A stretch of 64,000 bases of DNA from Candidatus Thalassarchaeaceae archaeon. GTDB lineage: Archaea; Thermoplasmatota; Poseidoniia; Poseidoniales; Thalassarchaeaceae. A model generated the notes under the pieces. The model did no database searches. It was given only the letters and a program-made list of their open reading frames with translations, and was not told the DNA's origin. Location: positions 22,775 to 86,774 of the forward strand of contig JAQXEZ010000002.1 in NCBI GenBank assembly GCA_029250605.1, given 5' to 3'. Made by a program: the position numbers and the translations under genes. This document shows positions 1-10,068 of the stretch, one piece after another (position 1 is the first letter of the stretch; each line of letters starts with the position of its first letter).

Positions 1-76
1 TTCCTCCCTTTCCGGATTGTCCTACATTATCATATCTGTGGAATAACACCCCTCTAGTCCCACATTAGGCTTGAAA

Positions 77-1192
77 CTAGTTTCCACCGGTGATGTTGTT
101 AATCGATTCCAGAAGTTCTTTTTGTCCGGAAAAATGGTCAGAAATCGGCGATAATACTTCTGAGAGGCCATCGGCAATCGCCATCTTAGCATCCAATGGG
201 TGAATTGTTCCATCCGAGACTGCGTCGATGAAGGACTGAGCATCGTCCCACTCCGAAGCCTCCCCGTACTTGGGATCTGGGGAAACGGTGATCTTTCCTA
301 TTTTGGGAATTATAACATGCTTGGAAATTTCGAAAACTGGAGAGTTTTGGTTCCCGACCTCTAGGAAGGCCTTACGCATCTTTGACCTAATTGTTTCAAT
401 GCCATCATCCAGCAATATTGCATTTCCAGGGTCGGACTTGGACATTTTGTGATCGAAAGAATCCATCCTCCCACCGGGCCCCTTTAGACCCGATAGCATC
501 GGAGTATGGATGCAAGTTGGCTTAATCCAGTGGTTTTTCTCGGCGACCTCACGCATGTACATGTGCGCCTTTCTCTGATCCATTCCTCCGAATGCGATGT
601 CGACCCCCAACTCAAAGATATCTGCAGCCTGTAGAGCAGGATAGTAGAATGCTGCTAGATCATGGTCCGATGAATCCTCGTCGCGGCCCATTATGCTGAA
701 TGTTCTGCGAACCCTTGAGAGGCTCATGTTCTTTGAGCATCTGAGTACTCTTTCCCAATATTTTCCAGAATCCATTACCTCAGAGGCCCGGATAAATTGT
801 ATCTCTCCTGGGCCCTTGCCTTCCGTGGGGTTTTCTAGAATTGCCCTAAACATCTCAGACATGTACTCAGAAGCTATGGAAATCTTCTCCATGTCTCTTC
901 CAAACTTGTCATTTACCCATGCATGCCAGTCGGCGAGTAAGATGATTACATTAACACCCTCGTCAATTAAGTTTCTAATTGTATCAGCAAGTATCATCCA
1001 ACCAAGATGAGCCTTACCACTTGGCTCTAGGCCTACATAAGCCACCAATTCACGGTCTCCAGAGTGGCTTAACCCCCCGGAAAGTACGGATTCTACATGA
1101 TTAATCCCAACGACCTCTTGGCACCCAGAGAACATCCTCACAATACGTTCTCGGGATTCCGAGTCTATTTCTGGAGGCTTTCCCTCTGACAT
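77..1192 (-). CDS. tyrS: tyrosyl-tRNA synthetase, archaeal type (class I aaRS)
   Basis: KMSKS motif (KMSKSDP). N-terminal YVGLEPSGKAHLGW...ILLADWHAWVND resembles archaeal TyrRS (EPSGK.HLGH / ILLADLHAYLN). TrpRS is not fully excluded. Confidence 0.65.
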   Translation of the reverse strand: MSEGKPPEIDSESRERIVRMFSGCQEVVGINHVESVLSGGLSHSGDRELVAYVGLEPSGKAHLGWMILADTIRNLIDEGVNVIILLADWHAWVNDKFGRDMEKISIASEYMSEMFRAILENPTEGKGPGEIQFIRASEVMDSGKYWERVLRCSKNMSLSRVRRTFSIMGRDEDSSDHDLAAFYYPALQAADIFELGVDIAFGGMDQRKAHMYMREVAEKNHWIKPTCIHTPMLSGLKGPGGRMDSFDHKMSKSDPGNAILLDDGIETIRSKMRKAFLEVGNQNSPVFEISKHVIIPKIGKITVSPDPKYGEASEWDDAQSFIDAVSDGTIHPLDAKMAIADGLSEVLSPISDHFSGQKELLESINNITGGN

Positions 1193-1200
1193 TTGGTCAC

Positions 1201-1809
1201 CTAGTTGAACAGCTTGTTGAGCTTCTGAGCCCTGCCCGCCGCCTTGGTATTGTCGTTGGCATCAAGAAGATTTTCAATCTCTTCTATCAGGGATTCTGCT
1301 TGTTCTTTCTTTTCCCCTGGGATACTTTCTGACAACTCCATGAAGTGCTTTGCTGCAGAGATTGCAGACTTTGCCTTTGAGGCCTTTTTAGCCCACTCCT
1401 TCGCCTTATCCCCTCGTTTCTTAGAATTGTAACCAGTCGCCTTGTCAAGGAAGGCCGTCCACCTCTTCCTATCTTCCATGGCGGACTTCATCGCTTCGGG
1501 ATCTTCGAAGTTGGGTGGAACATTAGTGATATCGACAATCATTGCTCCATTTTCATATCTGGCTTCGATAGATGTCATCACCCCATGTGAAGCTCCGAAG
1601 GAGTGGTCCGAATGACTTTCGACTTCGTCGAAGAACTCCTTTGCAAGAGCAGCCAGTCCGCCACTTCCACCTACTTCCTTGATTAATCCCCTGCGAACGT
1701 CGAATCGCTCCATACCCCTCCGAATGAACAGGGTCTCTTCAATACTGCCGACCCAGATGACATCTCGAACTAGTACAAGGGCTAAACGGGCACAGCATCT
1801 CCGACGCAC
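1201..1809 (-). CDS. hypothetical protein with Lys/Ala-rich C-terminus
   Basis: Long ORF with coding-like composition and no recognisable motif. The true start is probably an internal Met (MERFDV...). Confidence 0.3.
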   Translation of the reverse strand: MRRRCCARLALVLVRDVIWVGSIEETLFIRRGMERFDVRRGLIKEVGGSGGLAALAKEFFDEVESHSDHSFGASHGVMTSIEARYENGAMIVDITNVPPNFEDPEAMKSAMEDRKRWTAFLDKATGYNSKKRGDKAKEWAKKASKAKSAISAAKHFMELSESIPGEKKEQAESLIEEIENLLDANDNTKAAGRAQKLNKLFN

Positions 1810-3045
1810 ATGGGCAAGGGATATTTGCCGGCAATAATGGGGGTCGTTGTCCTACTTTTGTCGCCACTGGTAGTGGCACAGTCGGTGGTCACAATGGAAA
1901 GCGTCGTTATTCTTGACGAGCGTGACCTTGGCATAGAGGGGGCGGCAGTTTCTCCAGATGGAAAATCCATTCTAGCCTATGGGGACGAATCTGCGATATT
2001 CGTAATGGATTCTGAGGCTCCAAGAAACAATTCGAAAGTTCATTTTATTGGGAGTGAAACTCTAATGGATGCTTCATTCCACCCTAGTGGCAATTCTGCA
2101 CTTCTAGTTGGCGAGGAAGGTCTTGTATTGAGGTTTATTTCCACCAATAACACCATCGAGAACGCAGGTGGCGCTTCGACCTTCGGGAGCACTGAACTCA
2201 AGGCTATATCGTGGAATGGGGATGGTAGTTGGGCCTACATTGGTGGTGAAGGTGGTTGGATTTGGAGATTCAGGAGTCTGGAAGGGGGAGGAGTGGAGGC
2301 GATACCTCTCGAAAATAGGGGTGAAAGCGACGTGAGTGCAATTTCTTGCCTTCGGGGTTATAATATCTGTATCGTTTCCTCAAGCGTCGATGGAATTGGA
2401 GTGATAAATCAAGAACATGAGTTATTCTGGATCGGAGGATATGGCAATCCTTGGGTTGACGTCACGTGCCCCTCGAGTATCGCAATGGAATGTGTTGTCA
2501 TCTCCTCTGACTTGACCATTGCTAGGATTGGGATGGACATTGAAGATCCATCAAAAACTACGATTTATGACAATGACATCGTACAATTGCAAGGATTCGA
2601 GGGAATTATGACTGGGATCAATATCCAAACAGATGGTAATTCCTTGATTTCACTGGCTCCCTTTGGATTAGTCGAACATGACCTAGATGAAAGCAAGTCA
2701 TTCCACTGGTTGGATAATACTGACGCGGCGGATTTCGATACTTCAATCTCGGGACAGAGGATTGTTTCAACATGGGGTACTGGGGCCTTTGATGGATGGA
2801 TAATTACTGATAGTGGGACCATCGTTTCATTCACAACGACTACTCAAAGCGAGGGAGGGACAATGCTTGAAATCTGGATTGGAATTATCATTCTTGGAGG
2901 GACAACTTTGATGATAGTCTCTCTGCTTACCAGTTCTTCTCCGAGACTTAGCAGATGGATTACAAAAAAAATCGGTAGTGAAGAAGAGCGGAAAAGTGTG
3001 ATCAGGGAAGAAAGGCTGCTTTCAAGGAAAAAAGGACGAGCATAA
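1810..3045 (+). CDS. secreted surface protein, beta-propeller-like, with C-terminal TM anchor
   Basis: N-terminal hydrophobic signal-like segment (VVVLLLSPLVVAQS), repetitive Gly/Trp-rich blades, and a C-terminal TM helix followed by a basic tail (RKKGRA). Confidence 0.4.
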   Translation: MGKGYLPAIMGVVVLLLSPLVVAQSVVTMESVVILDERDLGIEGAAVSPDGKSILAYGDESAIFVMDSEAPRNNSKVHFIGSETLMDASFHPSGNSALLVGEEGLVLRFISTNNTIENAGGASTFGSTELKAISWNGDGSWAYIGGEGGWIWRFRSLEGGGVEAIPLENRGESDVSAISCLRGYNICIVSSSVDGIGVINQEHELFWIGGYGNPWVDVTCPSSIAMECVVISSDLTIARIGMDIEDPSKTTIYDNDIVQLQGFEGIMTGINIQTDGNSLISLAPFGLVEHDLDESKSFHWLDNTDAADFDTSISGQRIVSTWGTGAFDGWIITDSGTIVSFTTTTQSEGGTMLEIWIGIIILGGTTLMIVSLLTSSSPRLSRWITKKIGSEEERKSVIREERLLSRKKGRA

Positions 3046-3081
3046 ATTCATGTGTAAACTTGCTCGCGAAGGGTTGAGAAC

Positions 3082-4254
3082 ATGGCATACGAGGCGTTAG
3101 ACTTCTACGACATCGATTCCTTGCTGACCGAGGAAGAGCGAATGGTTAGAGACATGGTACGAGACTGGGTGGAAGAAAGGATTCTGCCGAATATTGAGGA
3201 TGCGTGCAGAGACGGGGTTTTCCCAGACGAGTGGAGGGTTGAGATTGGAGAGATGGGCATCCTTGGAGCTCCTTTGAAGGGATATGGTTGCCCTGGCCTC
3301 TCTTACATTGCATACGGACTAATTTGTCAAGAGTTGGAGCGCGGAGATAGTGGTGTTCGTTCATTTGCTAGCGTCCAAGGCTCTCTAGCGATGTACCCCA
3401 TTTGGGACTTCGGAAGCGAAGAACAGAAGGAGAAGTATTTGCCTGGGATGGCAAAAGGTGATTTGGTCGGGTGCTTCGGCCTTACTGAACCAGACTATGG
3501 TTCCAATCCCGGGGACATGATCACTCGGGCGGAAGACAAAGGGGACCACTTCCTTCTGAATGGGGCAAAGATGTGGATCACGAATGGGACAATTGCAGAT
3601 TTGGCTGTTGTCTGGGCAAAGCTCGAGGGGGAAATCCGTGGTTTCATTGTTGAGAAGGGAGATGAGGGTTTCAGTGCCCCGGAAATGAAGGGAAAGCACT
3701 CACTCAAAGCGAGTGTTACCAGCGAATTGGTTTTCCAAGACTGCAAAATTCCGAAGGATAGGGTGTTACCGGATGTAAAGGGCCTCAAAGGTCCATTCAG
3801 TTGCCTCAATAATGCCAGATATGGAATCTCATGGGGAGCTGTTGGGGCTGCACAATCATGCTTCAACTCTGCGAGAGAATATGCCCTAAGTAGAATACAA
3901 TTTGGGCATCCTATTGCTTCATTCCAACTCGTTCAGAATAAACTCTCGTGGATGCTACGCGAGATTACCAAGGGTCAATTACTGGCATATCACATTGGGA
4001 AGAAGAAAGACGATGGTAGTTGGATTCCAGAGCAGATTTCCCTAGCCAAAATGAATAATGTCGACATGGCTCTTGAAATCGCCCGTATGTCAAGGGACAT
4101 CCATGGTGCGAATGGAATTCTCGATGAGTACCCAGTGATGAGGCATATGGCTAATCTAGAGTCAGTCAAGACGTATGAGGGCACACATGACATCCACAAT
4201 CTGATACTGGGAAGGCATATCACGGGCATTCAGTCGTTCACAAGGGAGCCTTGA
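3082..4254 (+). CDS. acyl-CoA dehydrogenase (glutaryl-CoA dehydrogenase-like)
   Basis: Full-length ACAD architecture. N-terminal FYDIDSLLTEEE and the C-terminal catalytic region (YEGT.DIH) are typical of GCDH-like ACADs. Confidence 0.8.
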   Translation: MAYEALDFYDIDSLLTEEERMVRDMVRDWVEERILPNIEDACRDGVFPDEWRVEIGEMGILGAPLKGYGCPGLSYIAYGLICQELERGDSGVRSFASVQGSLAMYPIWDFGSEEQKEKYLPGMAKGDLVGCFGLTEPDYGSNPGDMITRAEDKGDHFLLNGAKMWITNGTIADLAVVWAKLEGEIRGFIVEKGDEGFSAPEMKGKHSLKASVTSELVFQDCKIPKDRVLPDVKGLKGPFSCLNNARYGISWGAVGAAQSCFNSAREYALSRIQFGHPIASFQLVQNKLSWMLREITKGQLLAYHIGKKKDDGSWIPEQISLAKMNNVDMALEIARMSRDIHGANGILDEYPVMRHMANLESVKTYEGTHDIHNLILGRHITGIQSFTREP

Positions 4255-4319
4255 ACCGCAAGAGCCTATCGTCCCAATATTGAAAGAGCCGCCTCCGACC
4301 CCGTGAACTGGGTAGCATT

Positions 4320-5075
4320 ATGGGAATAGCAGTTCTGCTTAAGCAGGTCCCGGATACTACTGCCAAGATTGGCATTAGTGGAGGCAGGGTAGATGAGTCC
4401 TCGATCACAAAGTGGTCAATTAGCCCATATGACGAGTATGCCTTGGAGAACGCTATCAAGTTGAAGGAGTCGGGCTACGGAGATGTTGTCGCGATTACAT
4501 GTGGCCCTGCTCGAGCCGCCAAATGTCTCACAGAGGCTGCAGCAGTGGGAGCAGATCGGTTAATCCATATCCTGACTGAGTCCTCATTGGACAGCATCCA
4601 AGTCCAATCTCTCCTATCTGCAGCTGTAAAAGAGGCTGAGTGCGATGTGGTGATGTGTGGCAAGCAGGCAGCAGACACCAATAGCGGCTCCACAGGACCT
4701 GGTTTGGCTAGCTCTTTGGGATTCTCCTGCGTAGGCGGAGTCACAGGAGTGTCAATGGACGGAGGAGTAGCCTCTGCTACTCGTCTAGGCCTTTCAGGTT
4801 TGGAAGAGGTAGAAGTTGGGGTGCCCTGTGTTTTCACATTTGACAAAGGAGACTCGGAGCTGAGGAGGCCGAATGTCAGAGGGATAATGATGGCCAAGAA
4901 GAAGCCCATAGATGCCCTCACGCCCGAGGATTTGGGGGTTGATGAAAGTAATTCAAGGGTCAGCATAACGTCTCATTCTTCACCACCAGAGAAGCAACCG
5001 GGGCAGAAATTCGTTGGTTCGGAATCGGTTCCCGAGGTGGTTAACAAGCTAAGGGAAGAAGCGAACGTAATCTAG
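4320..5075 (+). CDS. etfB: electron transfer flavoprotein beta subunit
   Basis: N-terminal VLLKQVPDT signature of ETF beta. Adjacent to etfA and an acyl-CoA dehydrogenase. Confidence 0.8.
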   Translation: MGIAVLLKQVPDTTAKIGISGGRVDESSITKWSISPYDEYALENAIKLKESGYGDVVAITCGPARAAKCLTEAAAVGADRLIHILTESSLDSIQVQSLLSAAVKEAECDVVMCGKQAADTNSGSTGPGLASSLGFSCVGGVTGVSMDGGVASATRLGLSGLEEVEVGVPCVFTFDKGDSELRRPNVRGIMMAKKKPIDALTPEDLGVDESNSRVSITSHSSPPEKQPGQKFVGSESVPEVVNKLREEANVI

Positions 5076-5085
5076 AGGTGGAAAG

Positions 5086-6015
5086 GTGAGAACGACAGTT
5101 ATATCAGAATCTAGCAATGGTGCCTTGCACCCAGTTACTGCACAACTAGTCGGAGCTGCATCCTCCCTAGGAGGGCCAATCACGGTCATCTGCCCTGGAG
5201 GCGTGGGATCCTCCGATGTATCACATATTTCTGGCGTTACAAAGGTAATCTCAGTAGAAGGCGCCTGCTTCGAGACCTACGATTGCTTGGCTTGGTCAAC
5301 GTCCCTGTCACCCTTGGTCGAGGGAGATCTTATCCTCTCTTCGTCATCCGCAATTGGTAGGGAGTTGATTTCGTCAATAGCTGCAGCAAAGGGCATCCCC
5401 GTCGTACAAGATGTGATTAGCCTAAAAGATGGTTTTTCGGTGACTAGGACGATATACTCAGGGAAGGCGATTGAGGAAGTTGTTATTTCGTCCCCCTGCG
5501 CGATCAGCCTAAGGGCTAATTCATTCGAATCTGCAGAGGAGGGCGGTAATGCAGAAACCACTACTATTGATGTCAACCAGGAGGTTTCCGTTGCAGTCAA
5601 ACAAGCACTAGCAAGAGCGAGTGAAAGGCTCGATGTCTCAGAGGCAGAAATTATCATTTCAGGGGGGAGGGGGATGGGCAGCCCAGCAAACTTCTCCCAC
5701 CTTTACGAAGTCGCAGACGTACTTGGGGCTGCAGTTGGAGCGAGCAGAGCTGCAGTGGATACTTGGGATGAGATTCCGCATAGCATGCAAGTCGGCCAAA
5801 CCGGGAAAACTGTAACTCCGAACCTATACATCGCAGTTGGGATAAGTGGGGCAATCCAGCATCTCGCTGGGATGCGTTCGAGCAAATTTATCCTAGCAAT
5901 AAACAAGGACCCGGAAGCACCAATCTTTGGTGTCGCGGATTACGGAATCGTTTCTACATGGGAAGATGCACTGCCAGTGTTGAAAGACCATCTTGCAGAA
6001 CTACTGTCAAACTGA
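5086..6015 (+). CDS. etfA: electron transfer flavoprotein alpha subunit
   Basis: C-terminal FAD-binding region YIAVGISGAIQHLAGM...LAINKDPEAPIF is the ETF alpha signature. Confidence 0.8.
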   Translation: MRTTVISESSNGALHPVTAQLVGAASSLGGPITVICPGGVGSSDVSHISGVTKVISVEGACFETYDCLAWSTSLSPLVEGDLILSSSSAIGRELISSIAAAKGIPVVQDVISLKDGFSVTRTIYSGKAIEEVVISSPCAISLRANSFESAEEGGNAETTTIDVNQEVSVAVKQALARASERLDVSEAEIIISGGRGMGSPANFSHLYEVADVLGAAVGASRAAVDTWDEIPHSMQVGQTGKTVTPNLYIAVGISGAIQHLAGMRSSKFILAINKDPEAPIFGVADYGIVSTWEDALPVLKDHLAELLSN

Positions 6016-7509
6016 TGCCTGCTCCTTCTCGGAGTCGGCCCTAATTTGTCCGATCCTACTGAGGTACTCCTCGGTAACCCCTCCGGTAACATATATCCCA
6101 TTGAAGCAAGAGCAATCGAAATCCGCTGGAGAGTCTGCACCTGCACTCGTGCAGGACTCTACAAGGTCCTCTAGTTTCTGGTAGATCAGCCAATCGGCCC
6201 CTATAGAGTTGCAAATCTCCTCATTTGTCTTGCCATAAGCGACATATTCCTCCCTAGCCGGCATATCGATGCCATACACATTCGGGTGTATGATTGGCGG
6301 GGATGATGAAGCGAACAACACTCTTGATGCTCCGGCATCTCTCGCCATCTGGACGATTCTTCGAGATGTGTTCCCTCTGACTATGCTATCATCTACAATC
6401 AGAACTGCCTTTCCTTCAAACTCTTCATCGATTGTATTCAGTTTCTTCCTAACCGAGTCCTTTCTTATCTTCTGCCCCGGCATTATGAATGTCCTCCCTA
6501 TGTAACGATTCTTCACAAAACCCTCCCGATAGGGGATGCCCAATGCGCTAGAAAGCCCTAGAGCAGCGATTCTTCCGCTATCTGGGACTGGGATCACTGC
6601 TTCGATTTCATTTTCCTTGAATGATTTTGCGACTCTCTTTGCAAGAGATTCCCCCATTCTCAACCTTGCCTTGTGGACTGAGATGCCATCAATTACAGAG
6701 TCTGGCCTAGCAAAGTAAACATGCTCGAAAACACATGGTGTGTGAGAAACTTTGGGATGACAGGCCTTTGAAATAGTCCGACCATCCATCCTGACGATTA
6801 CTGCTTCTCCTGGATCTACGTCCCTGTCCATCTCGAAGCCGATTGACTGGCAAACGACGCTTTCTGAAGATACTAGCCTCTCCGTGAAGTTGCCGACTAC
6901 TCTCTTCCCCAAAAATAGTGGACGTATGCCATGAGGATCCCTGAATGCGACCATCCCCCAGCCGGTAATTAGGCATACTACACTGTAGCTTCCTTCTACT
7001 CTCAAGTGAGTCCTCTCGACCGCTCGGAAGACGTCGTCCTCACCCAGAGCGTCCATCCCACCTGGTCGGCCATCTACTGATCTCTGGATTTCTGCGGCGA
7101 AAAGGTTGAGCAGGGCCTCTGAATCAGAACTAGTGTTAATTCTACGATGATCGTATTCTAGGAGGCCAGAAATTATGTCAGGAGTGTTGTTCAAATTTCC
7201 ATTGTGGGCTAGACTGACTCCAAATGGGGTATTGGTGTAGAATGGCTGTGCCTCTGCGGAAGAGTTGGACCCTGCGGTTGGGTATCTAACGTGTCCAATC
7301 CCCATTGAACCGACTAATTTCTTCATGTGGCGCTCAAGAAAGACATCCCGGACTAATCCATTTGCTCTCCGGTGAGAGATATTATCAGAATCGCTGGTTA
7401 CTATTCCCGCTGCATCTTGGCCTCTATGCTGTAAAACGATAAGGCCGTCATAGACAGGAGTAGCGACTTGAGTTCCGGGGTTGCCAACTATTCCGATGAT
7501 TCCGCACAT
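6007..7509 (-). CDS. purF: amidophosphoribosyltransferase (glutamine-PRPP amidotransferase)
   Basis: N-terminal MCGIIGIVG (Ntn catalytic Cys), a central PRTase domain, and about 500 aa in length. Confidence 0.9.
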   Translation of the reverse strand: MCGIIGIVGNPGTQVATPVYDGLIVLQHRGQDAAGIVTSDSDNISHRRANGLVRDVFLERHMKKLVGSMGIGHVRYPTAGSNSSAEAQPFYTNTPFGVSLAHNGNLNNTPDIISGLLEYDHRRINTSSDSEALLNLFAAEIQRSVDGRPGGMDALGEDDVFRAVERTHLRVEGSYSVVCLITGWGMVAFRDPHGIRPLFLGKRVVGNFTERLVSSESVVCQSIGFEMDRDVDPGEAVIVRMDGRTISKACHPKVSHTPCVFEHVYFARPDSVIDGISVHKARLRMGESLAKRVAKSFKENEIEAVIPVPDSGRIAALGLSSALGIPYREGFVKNRYIGRTFIMPGQKIRKDSVRKKLNTIDEEFEGKAVLIVDDSIVRGNTSRRIVQMARDAGASRVLFASSSPPIIHPNVYGIDMPAREEYVAYGKTNEEICNSIGADWLIYQKLEDLVESCTSAGADSPADFDCSCFNGIYVTGGVTEEYLSRIGQIRADSEKEQASV

Positions 7510-7560
7510 CGGCTATCATTCCCGGGTGTGCGACCAAGCCTTAGGCGTTTCCGGCATGCA

Positions 7561-7755
7561 TCACTTCTTCTGAGACATGGACCTATTACGCTTATTCCAC
7601 CTGAACTTCCTAAGTCTGGCTGTATCGCCATACCCGCAACTTGCGCATTGGCCCTTTTGCTTGTGATACGAGTGACGGCCACATCTCCTGCATCGAATAT
7701 GGGTGGATTTCTGCCTCTTGCCCATACTCGGTGTACCCTTTGACATGCGTTTCAC
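7561..7755 (-). CDS. rpl37e: 50S ribosomal protein L37e
   Basis: [38 protein letters not shown] is the L37e C4 zinc-ribbon signature. Confidence 0.85.
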   Translation of the reverse strand: MKRMSKGTPSMGKRQKSTHIRCRRCGRHSYHKQKGQCASCGYGDTARLRKFRWNKRNRSMSQKK

Positions 7756-7759
7756 CCTA

Positions 7760-8083
7760 CTAAGACGACGCGTCCACCGACCGATTTGTTAAGAGGCTTA
7801 TCCTGAATAATACCAATGTAGTTACTACCAAAAAGATGGGCAATAGTTCGAGCAAACCTATTATTGCCGAATTCATGGCTATTTCCAAGGATTCCGATTT
7901 ACTGTAGTTTGTGGAATTGATGGCTGAATAGAAGAAGACGGTTCCGGTTACAATTGTAGAAGAAAAAGCAAGTGAGCGGTTGTGTCGATTATAACACGAG
8001 GCAAAATGGATTAATGCGAACGAGGAGAAAAGGAGACCCCCTCCTGAGACAAGCAGCAGGGCTTCGGAGAATCCCACGCCCAT
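7760..8083 (-). CDS. hypothetical small membrane protein
   Basis: Two or three predicted TM segments and no recognisable motif. Confidence 0.3.
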   Translation of the reverse strand: MGVGFSEALLLVSGGGLLFSSFALIHFASCYNRHNRSLAFSSTIVTGTVFFYSAINSTNYSKSESLEIAMNSAIIGLLELLPIFLVVTTLVLFRISLLTNRSVDASS

Positions 8084-8084
8084 A

Positions 8085-8672
8085 CTAATCCCCTCCTAAT
8101 CGCCTTTCTAGAATAGTCCTCACAAGAACCTCTTCCTCATTCGAGAGTGGATCTGACTCATTCCTCAATCCTGATGCCATCTCAATTAGTGACGACCCGA
8201 TGATGATTGCAATTAGGCTTGATAAAACTCCCAGAACTGACAGAGCCCCTCTAGTAATCCCCAGTATAGAAAACGAGTTTCTCACATAGAAAAGGGCCGT
8301 CCACGAAACTGCGACCAAAAGCCATCCAGAAACAAGTCCTGGCATACTGGATTCACCATAAATCGGAGAATTGTGAAGAATAATCATTGCACCGATTACA
8401 AAGGGGAAGGCAATGGAAACTGATTGTAGAATCGACTCATGAAGTTCGATTCCCCCTTCGGTTAATTCATCAGGTAGCAGGATCAGGCAAGTCAGACCCA
8501 ATAGCATCAATGGAAAACCGAATCGACTCCTCTCAAAGGAAGGGCCCATTCGATGAAAGCTATTCCCTATTGCCATGATCAAGAAGGACAGCCAGATTAT
8601 CCCTTCGCCCCCAAACATGAATTGCGGGCAATGACTAGATTCTTGTGTTTTTCTTGTGTGTGGCCAGCGCAT
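8085..8672 (-). CDS. hypothetical polytopic membrane protein
   Basis: At least five hydrophobic helices and no recognisable motif. Confidence 0.35.
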   Translation of the reverse strand: MRWPHTRKTQESSHCPQFMFGGEGIIWLSFLIMAIGNSFHRMGPSFERSRFGFPLMLLGLTCLILLPDELTEGGIELHESILQSVSIAFPFVIGAMIILHNSPIYGESSMPGLVSGWLLVAVSWTALFYVRNSFSILGITRGALSVLGVLSSLIAIIIGSSLIEMASGLRNESDPLSNEEEVLVRTILERRLGGD

Positions 8673-8749
8673 CTAGCCGAATCGCTCGACTAGATTCATA
8701 TACGGGTCATCGGTGGCTCGCGGCGCACAAGAAGTGAGGTGGCGCAAAA

Positions 8750-9031
8750 ATGGTCAAGATGCCGAGGAAAATTATGCGTTACAGCCCCTTTGCCGGAAAG
8801 CACACCGAGCACACCGTTGAGAGAGTCAAGAAGAGGAGGGCTAGTGAACTAAAGTGGGGCCAGAGGCGATTTAGGAGAGTCACGGCTGGGTACAGAGGAT
8901 TTCCTAGGCCAAAACCATCGGGAGAGAAGCCCACAAAGAGAGTAAACCTAGTATTCAGATGTACTGAGACTGGGAAGGCCCATTCCCCAAAGGGCAAGAG
9001 AGCTAGAAAATTCGAACTTGTGGATAACTGA
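8750..9031 (+). CDS. rpl44e: 50S ribosomal protein L44e
   Basis: MPRK..Y.P...KHTEHTVE..KKRRAS..KWGQRRF.R...GY.G.PRP.PSG.KPTKRV.L...C is the L44e consensus. It lies first in the conserved L44e-S27e-aIF2alpha-Nop10 cluster. Confidence 0.8.
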   Translation: MVKMPRKIMRYSPFAGKHTEHTVERVKKRRASELKWGQRRFRRVTAGYRGFPRPKPSGEKPTKRVNLVFRCTETGKAHSPKGKRARKFELVDN

Positions 9032-9040
9032 GGTGAACTA

Positions 9041-9211
9041 TTGGCCGGAAAATTCCTGAGAGTGAGTTGCAAAGACTGCGGAAACGAAGCCACCCTCTTC
9101 GATAGGGCTTCGACTGCAGTGTCCTGTCCAATTTGCGGATCAACCCTTGCAGAACCAGCTGGCGGGCTTGCCAACCTCATCGGATGTACCGTTGTTGAGG
9201 TTCTGAACTAG
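9041..9211 (+). CDS. rps27e: 30S ribosomal protein S27e (TTG start; absent from ORF track because under 60 aa)
   Basis: Manual translation gives LAGKFLRVSCKDCGNEATLFDRASTAVSCPICGSTLAEPAGGLANLIGCTVVEVLN. This is the S27e C4 zinc finger (C.DC...C..CG) plus the AEPTGGKA-like motif. It sits exactly in the conserved position between L44e and aIF2alpha. Confidence 0.75.
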   Translation: MAGKFLRVSCKDCGNEATLFDRASTAVSCPICGSTLAEPAGGLANLIGCTVVEVLN

Positions 9212-9223
9212 AGGGGCTGCATC

Positions 9224-10012
9224 TTGGCGGATTTAGCGAATGACTGGCCTGAAGAAGGCGAGTTGGTCGTTTGCTCCGTGAAGAGCGTTAAAGAGAACGG
9301 AGCATATCTAAACCTAGATTCCTATCCAGAGAGGGAGGGTTTCGTATTCATTGGAGAGATCGCTACCGGATGGGTCAGGAATATCAGAGCCCATGTTAGA
9401 GAGGGCCAGAGAGTGGTGGCCAAGGTAATCGGGATAAAGAGAGAGAGGGACAGTGTAAACCTCTCAATAAAATCCGTTTCTGAGGAGCGAAGGAGGGATG
9501 CACTTCAGTCCTGGAAGAACGAGCAACGAGCATCTCAGATAATGAGGGTGGCCGCAGAAAGGATTGGTTGGGACGGAGCCAAGACGACTGCAGTCTCGGA
9601 GGAGATGAGGGAGGCGTTTGGCTCCCTTTATGGAGCTCTAGAGGAGTGTGCCATAACTGAGAGTGCTTTAGAGGAGTCTGGATTCGAGGGGGCTTGGATA
9701 GCAGTTGTAACAGAACTGGCAATCGAGAATATTGTTCCACCATTCGTGGAAATTAGGGGTTTGTTTGAGATCAAGGTATGGGGTCCCGAAGGAGTAGAGG
9801 CGATTAGTGGCGCCCTACAGGCTGCAGAGGATTGCGCGGATGGAGAAGATGAAGTCACCCTTACTTGCCATTATGATGGCGCGCCCAACTACAGGGTTGA
9901 TATCAAGGCACCAGATTACCCCTCGGCAGAGGCGGTGTGGGAAGCAGCCCAAGAGGCAGCGTCGAAGAAGATCGGGTCCGTAGAAGGATCGATAGCCATT
10001 GAAAGGCTCTGA
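9224..10012 (+). CDS. eif2a: translation initiation factor 2 alpha subunit (aIF2-alpha)
   Basis: N-terminal S1 domain (GELVVCSVKSVKENGAYLNL...EGFVFIGEI) followed by a helical and alpha/beta domain. The neighbourhood is conserved. The track start is TTG. Confidence 0.85.
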   Translation: MADLANDWPEEGELVVCSVKSVKENGAYLNLDSYPEREGFVFIGEIATGWVRNIRAHVREGQRVVAKVIGIKRERDSVNLSIKSVSEERRRDALQSWKNEQRASQIMRVAAERIGWDGAKTTAVSEEMREAFGSLYGALEECAITESALEESGFEGAWIAVVTELAIENIVPPFVEIRGLFEIKVWGPEGVEAISGALQAAEDCADGEDEVTLTCHYDGAPNYRVDIKAPDYPSAEAVWEAAQEAASKKIGSVEGSIAIERL

Positions 10013-10068
10013 ATGAACCAATATGGGAAGATACTTCATGAACCTCATCGAGGGGCTCGTCTTCATCC

